A DNA stretch of 57,014 nt, from positions 1-57,014 of the IMG/VR virus record IMGVR_UViG_3300025430_001249; one strand, given 5' to 3'. This document shows, piece by piece, positions 29,682 through 39,243 of the stretch; the stretch's first letter is position 1, and every line of letters begins with the position of its first letter. The DNA is from a virus (taxonomy: Duplodnaviria; Caudoviricetes). The position numbers and the translations under genes were made by a program. The notes below the pieces were generated by a model, which was given only the letters and a program-made list of their open reading frames with translations, ran no database searches and was not told the DNA's origin.

Positions 29682-29779
29682 ACACTTATTTATAAGAACC
29701 TGTTTTATTTAAAAAGCATTTATAACAAATTTACTATGTAATAAGACATATTTAAAAATAAGAAAAATCACAGATATAA

Positions 29780-29815
29780 TGCTTTGCTTAGATAGGCGAA
29801 GTTCTAAGCAAAGCA
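29780..29815 (-). terminator. hairpin/terminator after the nuclease gene
   Basis: TGCTTTGCTTAGA / TCTAAGCAAAGCA 13-bp stem. Confidence 0.55.
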
Positions 29816-29849
29816 CCGTATTAGTAATTTAGTAATATGTGAATTTAAT

Positions 29850-30668
29850 TTAATCTGTTGATGTATTTGGTCCACATTTCGCCCGTTTCATACTGGTTAA
29901 CATACCAAAATCAATCTTCCATTCTTGGCCAGCAGTAAGTTCTTTAGCATTTGGTGGGAAACCAAATTTAATACCAGTTAACGTTTGAATTTGCGCAACA
30001 GCCGTGCGGAACTTTGTCAAATCATTGCCAAGACCGCCAGCTTGTGGGAATACCCAACCAGCTACTTCACCGGTTGTATCATTGATTACAATTTTAAACA
30101 ATGCATGCGGAACCACAACACCGTTGCCTATGGTTTTGTCGCCTGGCCCATAAATGTCACCTACGTATATAGTATACGGTTGACGTAATTCAGCTGCCCA
30201 TCCTCGCACCGATGTCTCTAATAATTTCCAGGCTCCGCGGTTCAGCCCGGGCAACTGCGGTGACATATTGGTCATAAAAAAGCTTTCATTTTCAGCTTGA
30301 TCATCAAATGACATGTCTCCATCAGGTCCCAGGTGACCTTTGTCGTAACCACTTGCATTATAATCTGCCGGCGTTGCACTGCCAGGTAAGCTTTGATCAG
30401 CAGCAAACGCATTAGTTCGAGGTAAGCATCCTAGCGCATGATCTGGTGTTAGTGTATAAACGACCCACTCAGGTATTTTAGCTACAGGATCAACAAAGGT
30501 TATGTAGGCATGGTGACACAATGGAACTCCTTGACGATTGCTCTGCGGAAACCCATATGGTGCTTGAATTTGGCAAGCTGCTACCGGTTGTGCAGGCGCC
30601 TGCGGCGCAGCTATTGCTGGTGCCGCTATGATTGCTGCTAGCAATCCTGCAACTATATATTTTTTCAT
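29850..30668 (-). CDS. secreted DNA/RNA non-specific endonuclease (NucA/EndA family)
   Basis: Sec signal [20 protein letters not shown]; YDKGHL (DRGH), TNMSPQ..LNRGAW..LE, VPHALFK; GGAGG SD at ATG 30668. Confidence 0.9.
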   Translation of the reverse strand: MKKYIVAGLLAAIIAAPAIAAPQAPAQPVAACQIQAPYGFPQSNRQGVPLCHHAYITFVDPVAKIPEWVVYTLTPDHALGCLPRTNAFAADQSLPGSATPADYNASGYDKGHLGPDGDMSFDDQAENESFFMTNMSPQLPGLNRGAWKLLETSVRGWAAELRQPYTIYVGDIYGPGDKTIGNGVVVPHALFKIVINDTTGEVAGWVFPQAGGLGNDLTKFRTAVAQIQTLTGIKFGFPPNAKELTAGQEWKIDFGMLTSMKRAKCGPNTSTD

Positions 30669-30744
30669 TTTTTCCTCCTTGGGAATTATACAAGTATTTA
30701 TTGCGTCGCTAAAACAAGCGAGGGATAACCATAAATACACCATC

Positions 30745-31761
30745 ATGTCAGCATTCCCTCCAAGTCCGTATGACGGAGAAATTTATAATTTAGGTCCAAG
30801 ATCATGGACTTGGTCAGAATCTCAGCAGGGATGGTTACTTAATTATACAGGACCTACTGGACCGTTGGGTCCTACTGGTCCTCAAGGTGTACCTGGCGTT
30901 CTTCTTACATCTCTTACTGTAGATACATTCATCGGTAATAATATAACAGACACATTTACACTAAGTCTTACACCTCAAAGTGTGTATAACACCATAGTTA
31001 ACGTAGATGGACTTATTCAAACTCCTAATATTAACTATACAATAGTAGGCAATCAGCTTTCATTTGTGGTGCCACCTATTATAAATGCTACAATTGATGT
31101 AATTATTTTCTTAACTGGTTCTCCAGTTACCGGCCCAACAGGTTTGATCGGATTAACAGGTCCAACTGGTCCTTTTGGAGGTCCAACCGGACCTCAAGGT
31201 CCTACTGGTCCGCTTGGAGCACCAACTGGTCCTACAGGTGCAACCGGCAACAACGGTGCTACTGGTCCTACTGGACCTATATTTAATACGTCTTTTTGGG
31301 TAAATGCAGGTTCTAATATCATCAACGGGACTATAAGCGATCCCACTAAAGGTACTGTAACAACTGACAATATCAGTTATCGTCAAATTGGTATAAACCA
31401 ATGGGAAATATCGCTAACATATATACAAACAGCAAATGATGGCGCGGCTGGTGCTGGTGATTATTTAATAACTCTTCCTAACAATTTACAATTTGACACC
31501 ACATTACCTACGCAACAGCAATATACAGATAATACCGATACTAATACTTGGACGCTTGCAACGTATGTAATACCAACAGCAAGCGGCATATTAAGCAATA
31601 ATAGTCAAGGTGGACCAGTTTATCCAATAGTATGGAATGCAACACAGTTCCGTATATTCACTATCTATGGTAGCAATGCTCAATGCTGGGGTAGTAGTTA
31701 CTACAGTATAGGTGGTGATATGCCTAAGGTAAAAATGGTTTTTACCTTCACGTCATTATGA
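30745..31761 (+). CDS. collagen-like (G-P-T) virion fibre protein
   Basis: two Gly-X-Y tracts separated by a beta domain; start reassigned to ATG 30745, 7 nt after TAAATA. Confidence 0.8.
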   Translation: MSAFPPSPYDGEIYNLGPRSWTWSESQQGWLLNYTGPTGPLGPTGPQGVPGVLLTSLTVDTFIGNNITDTFTLSLTPQSVYNTIVNVDGLIQTPNINYTIVGNQLSFVVPPIINATIDVIIFLTGSPVTGPTGLIGLTGPTGPFGGPTGPQGPTGPLGAPTGPTGATGNNGATGPTGPIFNTSFWVNAGSNIINGTISDPTKGTVTTDNISYRQIGINQWEISLTYIQTANDGAAGAGDYLITLPNNLQFDTTLPTQQQYTDNTDTNTWTLATYVIPTASGILSNNSQGGPVYPIVWNATQFRIFTIYGSNAQCWGSSYYSIGGDMPKVKMVFTFTSL

Positions 31762-31778
31762 CATAAGGAGAAGTTTAA

Positions 31779-32489
31779 ATGAGCGGTAGTATTACAGGTC
31801 CTACAGGCCCGCAAGGACAGCAAGGTAATATTGGTGCTACAGGCACTACTGGTCGCACTGGACCCACCGGACCATCTGGCCACATTGGACCAACAGGACC
31901 GCAAGGTCAGATAGGCAACATAGGTCCAACAGGTAGAACAGGTGTTGCAGGACCAACTGGGTATACTGGGTATACAGGTCCTGCAGGCGTTGCATCATCT
32001 ACTGGGGCTACAGGACCTGTGGGTCCAATAGGAACCCCCGGTCCTACAGGTCCAGCCGGAGCAGCCTCAAATATAGCAGGTCCTACAGGACCTGCAGGGG
32101 CAGGCAGTCTAGCTACTAGATCTACTATATCTATAACTACACCAACATTAGCTGCAGGAGCAAGTTCGATTATATCTAGTACCGCATATCGTAGTTATGC
32201 TCTATACAAAATACAAACATCTGCGCCAGCATGGGTAGTTTTGTACAATAGCACAGCCGCTGCATCAGCTGATGCTAGTAGACCAATTTCAATTGATCCA
32301 ACCCCTGGTAATGGAATTATAGCAGAAGTGATAACAACAAACGCTAATATTGCAACATTTTCTCCTTGGGTAGGAGGATTTAACAACGAGTTGCCACCTA
32401 ATACTACACTCACAATGAAAGTTTACAACAATGGGTCTTCTAGCACAGCTATCACAATAACATTAACATTGTTAGAGATGGAGATATGA
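31779..32489 (+). CDS. collagen-like virion fibre protein
   Basis: about 30 Gly-X-Y triplets rich in GPT, then a C-terminal beta domain; AAGGAG SD. Confidence 0.85.
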   Translation: MSGSITGPTGPQGQQGNIGATGTTGRTGPTGPSGHIGPTGPQGQIGNIGPTGRTGVAGPTGYTGYTGPAGVASSTGATGPVGPIGTPGPTGPAGAASNIAGPTGPAGAGSLATRSTISITTPTLAAGASSIISSTAYRSYALYKIQTSAPAWVVLYNSTAAASADASRPISIDPTPGNGIIAEVITTNANIATFSPWVGGFNNELPPNTTLTMKVYNNGSSSTAITITLTLLEMEI

Positions 32490-32490
32490 T

Positions 32491-34161
32491 ATGAATTTAC
32501 AACACACAGTTGAGTTGCCAAACAGCTTGGTAACTCTACCATTAGATGCAGTATCAATAGTGCCAATGGATCCCAATATACAAATTAATGTTACTATTAT
32601 GATACGTCGTCCATTATGGAATGGCATATCAATGATAGATTACGCAGATAAAATTGCTAACGGTCTAATAAAAAACATCTTGTCATATGAAGAGTTTGCG
32701 CAAAATTTTAGCGCTTGTATAGAAGACGTTAACCATGTAATTAAATTCGCACAACAATCAGGATTATCAGTTGTAGAATCTCTGCCTGCATCTGCAACAG
32801 TTAAGGTTACAGGTACGGTTTCAAACTTCAACACGGCATTTGGAATTTCGTTGGTTATTGTAACGATGTCCAATTATAGATATATAACCTACGACGGAAT
32901 AATTACAATACCTGTAGAATTAGACGGGGTAATTGAATACATATTAGGATTACACAATCCAATATTACTCAAACATCTTGCTATACCAACTGCTGGTATT
33001 CCTGCAGGAGATACTGCATTAACACCAGTTCAGGTATCAACTGCATATAATTTCCCTACATGCGATGGGTATGGGCAATGTATAGGTATAATAGAATACG
33101 GAGGAGGTTATACTACGCAGAACTTATCTTCAACATTTTCACAGCTTGGTTATTCAAACCCAACAACAATTGATATATTAGTCGACGGCGGTACTAACAA
33201 CCCTAATGATATAAACGGCGCACCGGAAGTCATGCTAGATATATATTGTTGCGGCGGTGTTGTACCTAAGGCCAAGCTGGCAATATACTTTGGATATGGC
33301 GGTGGCGATAGCAGCCCCGTTCCGGGGCCCAATTGGTATGATCCTATAAATGCAGCTATACACGATGTGGTTAACGCCCCAAGTGTATTATCAATAAGTT
33401 GGGGTGCCGGCGAACTTTCTTATTGGACCCCAACTACAATTTTAGCTACTGATGCTATTCTAGCACAAGCAGTTACAATGGGAATTACAATTTGTGTATC
33501 GTCTGGTGATTCTGGATCCACATGGGGAGGAATACAAGAAGAAGTATTATATCCTGCATCAAGTAGGTACGTATTAGCCGTAGGTGGTACTACATTACAG
33601 TTAAGCGGTAATGTTAGGTCAAATGAGGTAGCATGGAATCCTTCGGGTGGCGGTATTAGCGCATACGAAACAATACAATCCTGGCAAATAGGTCTCACAG
33701 CTAGATCGTACCCATCAGGGACCATATCTTCGTTAACTGTTAGAGGAGTTCCAGATATTGCTGCAAATTCAGACCCAAATACAGGTTATCGATTCTATTG
33801 GGGGACAACTAATACTCTTAGTCAATATGGTGGTACTAGTGCTGCTGCACCATTAATTGCGGGAATGATTGCTCGTATAAATCAATTAACTGGCAAAAGA
33901 ATTGGATTTGCCAACACCCTATTCTATGCCCACCCAACTGCATTTTATGATATTACATCAGGTGAAAATGCAGTTTCATTGTCGACCGGTTATAGTGCTA
34001 CCGCTGGGTGGGATGCAATTACAGGATTAGGAGTACCAGATGGCTCAAACATCTTTAGATTAGTAAATGTAGGTACGACATTTCCTCAAAATAACTTTGG
34101 ATTTAGGCCAACATCTGGTATTGTTTACCCTCGTATAACTCTAGGTGTAAGACTTGATTAA
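32491..34161 (+). CDS. sedolisin/kumamolisin-like S53 serine-carboxyl peptidase with pro-domain
   Basis: pro-domain; E-x3-D (EVMLD), SISWG, SSGDSG, RGVPD, GGTSAAAP, GWDAITGLG Ca site. Confidence 0.92.
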   Translation: MNLQHTVELPNSLVTLPLDAVSIVPMDPNIQINVTIMIRRPLWNGISMIDYADKIANGLIKNILSYEEFAQNFSACIEDVNHVIKFAQQSGLSVVESLPASATVKVTGTVSNFNTAFGISLVIVTMSNYRYITYDGIITIPVELDGVIEYILGLHNPILLKHLAIPTAGIPAGDTALTPVQVSTAYNFPTCDGYGQCIGIIEYGGGYTTQNLSSTFSQLGYSNPTTIDILVDGGTNNPNDINGAPEVMLDIYCCGGVVPKAKLAIYFGYGGGDSSPVPGPNWYDPINAAIHDVVNAPSVLSISWGAGELSYWTPTTILATDAILAQAVTMGITICVSSGDSGSTWGGIQEEVLYPASSRYVLAVGGTTLQLSGNVRSNEVAWNPSGGGISAYETIQSWQIGLTARSYPSGTISSLTVRGVPDIAANSDPNTGYRFYWGTTNTLSQYGGTSAAAPLIAGMIARINQLTGKRIGFANTLFYAHPTAFYDITSGENAVSLSTGYSATAGWDAITGLGVPDGSNIFRLVNVGTTFPQNNFGFRPTSGIVYPRITLGVRLD

Positions 34162-34187
34162 TTTAACAAACTTTCGGTAAATAATAC

Positions 34188-34757
34188 ATGTTTAATCATC
34201 CGTTTATTTGTCTCAGTACAAAAGATGATTTAGGAGATCAAGATCTCCTAAATTGGTTTAAATCTGTAACAGAATTGGGTCCACCCGGTATATTAGGCGA
34301 AGTACAGTTACGACCTGAAGATAAACCTCAAAGGTTTTATCATAGAAAACTTAACGGTATGAATCGATATTGTGCAGCTTTATGTAGAGATTTAGAATCA
34401 GATGAAGCCAATAAAATTGCGCAAGGTGCGAATTCTGCCATACCAACTGGTGACTTTGAAATATCTTGGAGTCAAAATCCACAGAATCAAAATCAATACG
34501 AATCTGTTTCTAAAGATTTAATAAAAGCCATAGCACTTGAAGCTGCAAAACGTAATCATACAACATGGTTAAATCAAAAAATTAATGAAGGTTGGAGATT
34601 TGGTCAAAATTTCCATTCTCGTAATAAAGTTAGTCCAATGTGTAGAGAGTGGGATTCGCTTAGTGAGCGATATAAACGTGCAGAATATCATAGGATGATA
34701 TCATTGTTAGAAGTTTTAGACGAAATGAAATTGAGTCTAGCAGCCAAAAGACCTTAA
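34188..34757 (+). CDS. RyR-domain-containing protein
   Basis: A...H..W...K..EGWRFG......K.SP....WDSLSE. Confidence 0.7.
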   Translation: MFNHPFICLSTKDDLGDQDLLNWFKSVTELGPPGILGEVQLRPEDKPQRFYHRKLNGMNRYCAALCRDLESDEANKIAQGANSAIPTGDFEISWSQNPQNQNQYESVSKDLIKAIALEAAKRNHTTWLNQKINEGWRFGQNFHSRNKVSPMCREWDSLSERYKRAEYHRMISLLEVLDEMKLSLAAKRP

Positions 34758-34771
34758 ACTTGTAATCATGC

Positions 34772-35611
34772 TTATTTTTTAGGCATTAGCCCTATTGTTA
34801 AACCTGGCGGTGGGTCACCTAGAATAAGATAATTTTTAATACCGTCATTATACCATTTTTTCCCATACGCATGATTATTTGGGCCGGAATTAGACGTTGA
34901 ATTTTTTAATCTGTGTTCAATAGATTGTGTCTTACCTTTTCGTATAACCGATTGTTTAGCTCTAGTTTCAGCTGACACAATTTTACCTTTGTTTGATGCA
35001 GAATTTTTAGCTCTAGATTCAGCTGAAACAATTTTACCTTTGTTTGATGCAGAATTTTTAGCTCGGCTTTCTGCAGTAGGAGGCTGTCTGTTTTTAGCAA
35101 TTTCTGACATTTTTTGACAAAACTCAACACTGCGTTTTCTACCTAATGCCGCAATTGATTGTTTAGCTCTAGTTTCAGCTGACATTATTTTACCTTTGTT
35201 TGATGCAGAAATTTTAGCTCGGCTTTCTGCAGTAGGAGGCATCCGGCCAGGTTTAAAATCTACCGGACACGAACTTGCTCTAATTGATATAACATCGTTG
35301 GTATACCAATTTCCTATACCATCGCCGCCGTCTGTTCTATTATGTAATATACCAGTACCAATATCTTGGCGGCCATACCATTTTATCAATCTACGTTCAA
35401 TAGCACACGCACCCAAATCTGTTAAATTAAATGCTACAATAACAATTAGATTTTGATTTTTAGGTATAGGTACAGTATGTTTAGCCCATGCTCTACGATT
35501 ACTCCCTTTACCTATATAATAAGGAGATCCTATCTCACCATTTTTTGAAGTTTTATTTCTTAAATAAGCATAAACATAATGCCCAACTGGCATTTTATTT
35601 GTAAATAGCAT
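34772..35611 (-). mobile_element. free-standing GIY-YIG homing endonuclease with NUMOD3 repeats
   Basis: YVYAY..YYIGKG...R, E..LI..YGR, L.N.TDGGDG; repeated SAESRAK.SASNKGK (51-bp units). Confidence 0.85.
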
Positions 35612-35682
35612 AGCTGTTGCTCCTTATAAGCGATAGAGCGGTTTGGGATTGGCGTCCCGTGGACCGCGATATATATTTATCG
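35612..35682 (-). promoter_or_regulatory. late promoter plus structured leader of the GIY-YIG gene
   Basis: minus strand: ATAAATA, then GCGGT-CCAC-GGGA-cgccaa-TCCC-AA-ACCGC stem, then GCTT-ataag-GAGC hairpin covering the AAGGAG SD. Confidence 0.65.
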
Positions 35683-35695
35683 GAGATTTGTCAAA

Positions 35696-36241
35696 ATGGG
35701 TGATATAACACAACAAGATCTTAAGTTAGCTATACAAGATTTGCATAAATCTGCAGAAACAACACAACTAGCACAAGATTTGATATCCGGTAATATAGAT
35801 CCTCATATCTATAGAAACCTTTGCTATCAAATGTGGTTGATTACAGATGCTATAGAATCGCAACTTAAACTAAATCTAGATATTTGTCGACGACATCAAT
35901 TTGTACAAGATATCGCAGAATGTCCTGCCGGACCAGTGGCGGCGTGTCCGTCTACCATAAAATATGTAGACTATATCAAAGATATGTATTTTACACACGG
36001 AAGTGGTCAATTAAAAGGAGCAATTTATTGTTTTTATCTCGGCTGGTTATATGGCGGGCAGATGATTGCAAAAAAGCTCAATTTGCCAAAGCATCATTTA
36101 AAATTTGATAATGTAAAAGATTCTATAGAATATGTAAGAAATACAATTTTAGTGCATCTAATTGATCGAGATATTAATGAAGCACGTAAAGCATTCAAAT
36201 ATACCATTAAAATATATCAGGAACTTTATGAACTGCATTGA
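35696..36241 (+). CDS. hemO: heme oxygenase
   Basis: proximal His in DLHKSAE; distal helix YLGWLYGGQMI; EARKAF. Confidence 0.85.
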   Translation: MGDITQQDLKLAIQDLHKSAETTQLAQDLISGNIDPHIYRNLCYQMWLITDAIESQLKLNLDICRRHQFVQDIAECPAGPVAACPSTIKYVDYIKDMYFTHGSGQLKGAIYCFYLGWLYGGQMIAKKLNLPKHHLKFDNVKDSIEYVRNTILVHLIDRDINEARKAFKYTIKIYQELYELH

Positions 36242-36842
36242 TAAAGTTGATTCAATTGCTAGGCGGTTAAACTTTATTTTACAGCAGCAACACGGTGCAT
36301 ACCTATTACCAACACACGAATATGGTTGGGAAAATTTTCAATATCGTAGTCCTAAATTTAGGCTAGGTCATGTGCAGATTTTCAAACAAGAAAAATTTGC
36401 TGCTATTCATTGTTGCGTTTTTCCGCACGGTGTAGATCCTGCACCAATATATGGATTTGATGTAGTAGCTGGTGAGAACAAAGTTACTGGTGTTTTCATG
36501 GATTTAAGTCCAACTGTAAAAGAAACCAATCCATTTACCAACATAAATGTAGGTAGAATTAGAGATCGACCAGAATGGGGAGATATATTTTCACCTCATT
36601 GGCTAGCATGCCGGCCATCTCCAGAGGAACTAGATATCGTAGGTATCGAAGCTGTAAAAGTTTTGATACAATATCTTCCAACATTAGGCGATTTTGGAGA
36701 TCAATCTGCTATAATTGCAGGTCAAAATCGCTATTGCTTAAAGCAACGACAGAACCAGCACACCCGTAAAGCACTTACTAATATACTGGGTGCAAATGGC
36801 GCAGAAGAATACATGTCTACAGTGTTGTTCCCTACAATTTGA
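36228..36842 (+). CDS. ferredoxin-dependent bilin reductase (PcyA/PcyX type)
   Basis: HCCVFP..PIYGFDVV...DLSP, R.RPEWGDIFS, QNRYC.KQRQN.HT; overlaps the heme oxygenase stop; start at ATG 36228. Confidence 0.85.
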   Translation: MNCIDKVDSIARRLNFILQQQHGAYLLPTHEYGWENFQYRSPKFRLGHVQIFKQEKFAAIHCCVFPHGVDPAPIYGFDVVAGENKVTGVFMDLSPTVKETNPFTNINVGRIRDRPEWGDIFSPHWLACRPSPEELDIVGIEAVKVLIQYLPTLGDFGDQSAIIAGQNRYCLKQRQNQHTRKALTNILGANGAEEYMSTVLFPTI

Positions 36843-36956
36843 CTTTTACAAAATCACATCGTATAAATAATTTGTAATCAAAAAGAGTTTGATTACACTG
36901 GTAGTTAAGACCTAGAGGTGATTCTAGGCATGTTAAAGAAACCAAAGGAGGACAAC

Positions 36957-37718
36957 ATGAATCTACCCAATCCATTCCCCGGCATCGCTGTAAACGTAGC
37001 AGCCGCAGTTCAAATATCGACACCAATAGCCAAAGAATACAAATTTAAGAAAGCTGGTAAAAATGGTACACTAATCGCCATTGTACTAGATGAAAGTGGC
37101 AGCATGCGTAGCTGTTGGGATACAACCATTGCAGGATTTAATGAGTTTGTGCAAGGTCAGCGCAGTGCAGAATCTAGTGCAGGCACAGGTTATCTAACCC
37201 TTATTAAATTTGACAGTCCCCAAATCAAAACAGTTTTCAATAATCGTCCACTAAATGAAGTACCTCTTCTAGATAAGAATAATTATACCCCTAATGGTGG
37301 AACTAACTTGCTTGATGCTATTGGCAATGCTATCGAATCTGTTAATGCTGTATTAAAAGCCAACAAAAAGAACGATCGGCCAGGAGTAATTATTACAATT
37401 ATGACAGATGGTGCTGAAAATGCATCAACACGTTATACCAGTGCAGATATCAAGTCTATGGTTGCAGCAGCAGAAAAAGCCGACTGGACATTTACTTTCC
37501 TTGGCGCAAACATTGATGCGTTTGCAGTTGGCAGTACATTTGGTATGAATATATCAAATAGTGTGAATTACAGCACAGCTAATATGGCCGAAACTATGAC
37601 TAGTGTAAGTGCAAGCACAACACGCATGCGTTTTGCAAAAACAGCAGGTGTTAGCACAGCAGATCTGTATGCACAAGGGTTATATACAGATGCCGAGCTA
37701 AAAAGCATGAAGGAGTAA
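36957..37718 (+). CDS. von Willebrand factor A (vWA) domain protein
   Basis: MIDAS DESGSM, GGTNLLDAIG, TDGAENAS, FTFLGAN; AAGGAGG SD at ATG 36957. Confidence 0.9.
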   Translation: MNLPNPFPGIAVNVAAAVQISTPIAKEYKFKKAGKNGTLIAIVLDESGSMRSCWDTTIAGFNEFVQGQRSAESSAGTGYLTLIKFDSPQIKTVFNNRPLNEVPLLDKNNYTPNGGTNLLDAIGNAIESVNAVLKANKKNDRPGVIITIMTDGAENASTRYTSADIKSMVAAAEKADWTFTFLGANIDAFAVGSTFGMNISNSVNYSTANMAETMTSVSASTTRMRFAKTAGVSTADLYAQGLYTDAELKSMKE

Positions 37719-37723
37719 TACCT

Positions 37724-38623
37724 ATGTTTGATGCAACACGTCAATACGAACTTACTATCCGTCCTTTAGGTCGTAATACAGCAGATGAGTATTATCACAA
37801 CGGATCAATTTGGATAGAAGGTCGTGAAGGTAATAATTACACAATTGATTTAACCAATAGATCTCATCAACGTGCGTTGTTTATTCTTAGTGTTGATGGT
37901 TTAGATGTACTAGAAGGCAAACCAGCAGGGTTGAACAGCCAAGGCTATATTATCCCTGCAGGTCAAACTATCTCTGTGCCTGGTTGGAAAGTAAATGATC
38001 AGCAAGCAGCTGAATTTTATTTCAGCCGTAGCAGAGAAAGCTATGTTAATAGTATTGGTGGAACCACTACCAATACTGGCGTAATTGGGGTTATGATATT
38101 TTCTGAATACAAACAATATTACGAAGTATACGATATGTCTACCCCAGGGACCCGAGGCATTTCTACCAACCAAATACCAACTTCTAATATACAGAACATT
38201 GGTGATCTCAATGTTTCTGAAAGTTCAGTTGATAATTCATGGATAGCTAATGGTATTTCTAAGAATCAGACATTAAATGCTGCAATAGTGCAAGCTGCTG
38301 CCGCCAACATTCCTATGAATTCTGCATCTGCTGAAGTAAACACCAGTGGAAGTATCATAAGCCAAAATTATCTTAGCCAAGAAGTTGGCACTGGTTTTGG
38401 TAAAGCTACAGATTGGCAAACTGTATCTACTCAATTTAGGCGCAATAATCCAACTCAACCAGACACAATTATGGCCATTTACTACAATACCGCAAGGAAT
38501 TTGGAAAAAATGGGCATTAGGCTCCGTAGAAAACGCGATGTTCAGTATAAGGCTGATCCTTTTCCCGCATATTCATCAACAACAACCGTAGGGTGTCCAA
38601 CACCTTACAATTGGAAGCCCTAA
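37724..38623 (+). CDS. hypothetical beta-rich protein, partner of the vWA gene
   Basis: IEGREG..Y.I.L.N....R..FILSVDG.DV..GK...GY; AGGAG SD. Confidence 0.7.
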   Translation: MFDATRQYELTIRPLGRNTADEYYHNGSIWIEGREGNNYTIDLTNRSHQRALFILSVDGLDVLEGKPAGLNSQGYIIPAGQTISVPGWKVNDQQAAEFYFSRSRESYVNSIGGTTTNTGVIGVMIFSEYKQYYEVYDMSTPGTRGISTNQIPTSNIQNIGDLNVSESSVDNSWIANGISKNQTLNAAIVQAAAANIPMNSASAEVNTSGSIISQNYLSQEVGTGFGKATDWQTVSTQFRRNNPTQPDTIMAIYYNTARNLEKMGIRLRRKRDVQYKADPFPAYSSTTTVGCPTPYNWKP

Positions 38624-38632
38624 TATAAAACA

Positions 38633-38667
38633 GGCAGCGGGATAAACCCGCTGCCATTTCCTTTATT
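38633..38667 (+). terminator. intrinsic terminator
   Basis: GGCAGCGGG-ataaa-CCCGCTGCC followed by ATTTCCTTTATT. Confidence 0.8.
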
Positions 38668-38723
38668 GCTATCCCCATAACAAGCACTGCATCATTGGCT
38701 CTACATACAAGATGATATAACAT

Positions 38724-39175
38724 CGCAGTAAATGGTATCTGCGTAGGGAAGGGGTGGTATTCCACCAGGAACCTGCTAAAATGAGTGTTTCATCCACTCG
38801 ACCGAGAAGCATCGTCTGTGACCGTGTGGTATAAAATCTCCAGACCGAGCTCGGAATAATATAACCAAGTGCGGCAATAGGTTATTTAAATTATCGCCTT
38901 AGGTGAGGCCTAAGACTACAAATGGATCGCTCTATCTACCATTGATAACGATCAAGAATATACAGGGTTAATCAGTCCTCCCAGTATATTTCCTCCGCTG
39001 CTGAACAACGTTCAAGATGTACATGTAATGCTGGTACCGGGCAACCGCCGGCGACTGTAAAAGGTCAAGCATGAAAACTGGTCTATGAAAACTGCCTATA
39101 TGCAAAAATTTCATGAGAAACATCCTTCCTCGTATAGCGGGGGAGATATGGTCTATTCCCCCAACCAACTGCATA
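38724..39175 (+). ncRNA. candidate large structured non-coding RNA
   Basis: no credible ORF; GC-richer than other intergenic DNA; more than 10 hairpins plus long-range pairings; extended -10 TGATATAAC at 38713-38721. Confidence 0.6.
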
Positions 39176-39243
39176 TATAGAAGACAAAATATCCTTTAGT
39201 TACTATAATTAATCCATAACCACTTAGTTAAAAAGGAAATTAA

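Noticed and set aside
34960-35240. 51-bp direct repeats as an origin or iterons
   Set aside because: They encode the NUMOD3 repeats of the GIY-YIG endonuclease.
38517-39174. Minus-strand ORFs 38517-38765 and 38968-39174
   Set aside because: They are short, lack an SD, have no protein-like motifs and overlap a terminator or a real gene.
38724-39175. tmRNA, RNase P RNA or group I intron identity for the structured region
   Set aside because: There is no T-arm/acceptor tRNA-like end and no GAGGAAAGUCC. AGACTAC (38913) and GATATGGTCT (39145) resemble group I R/S elements, but no interrupted exon pair is evident.
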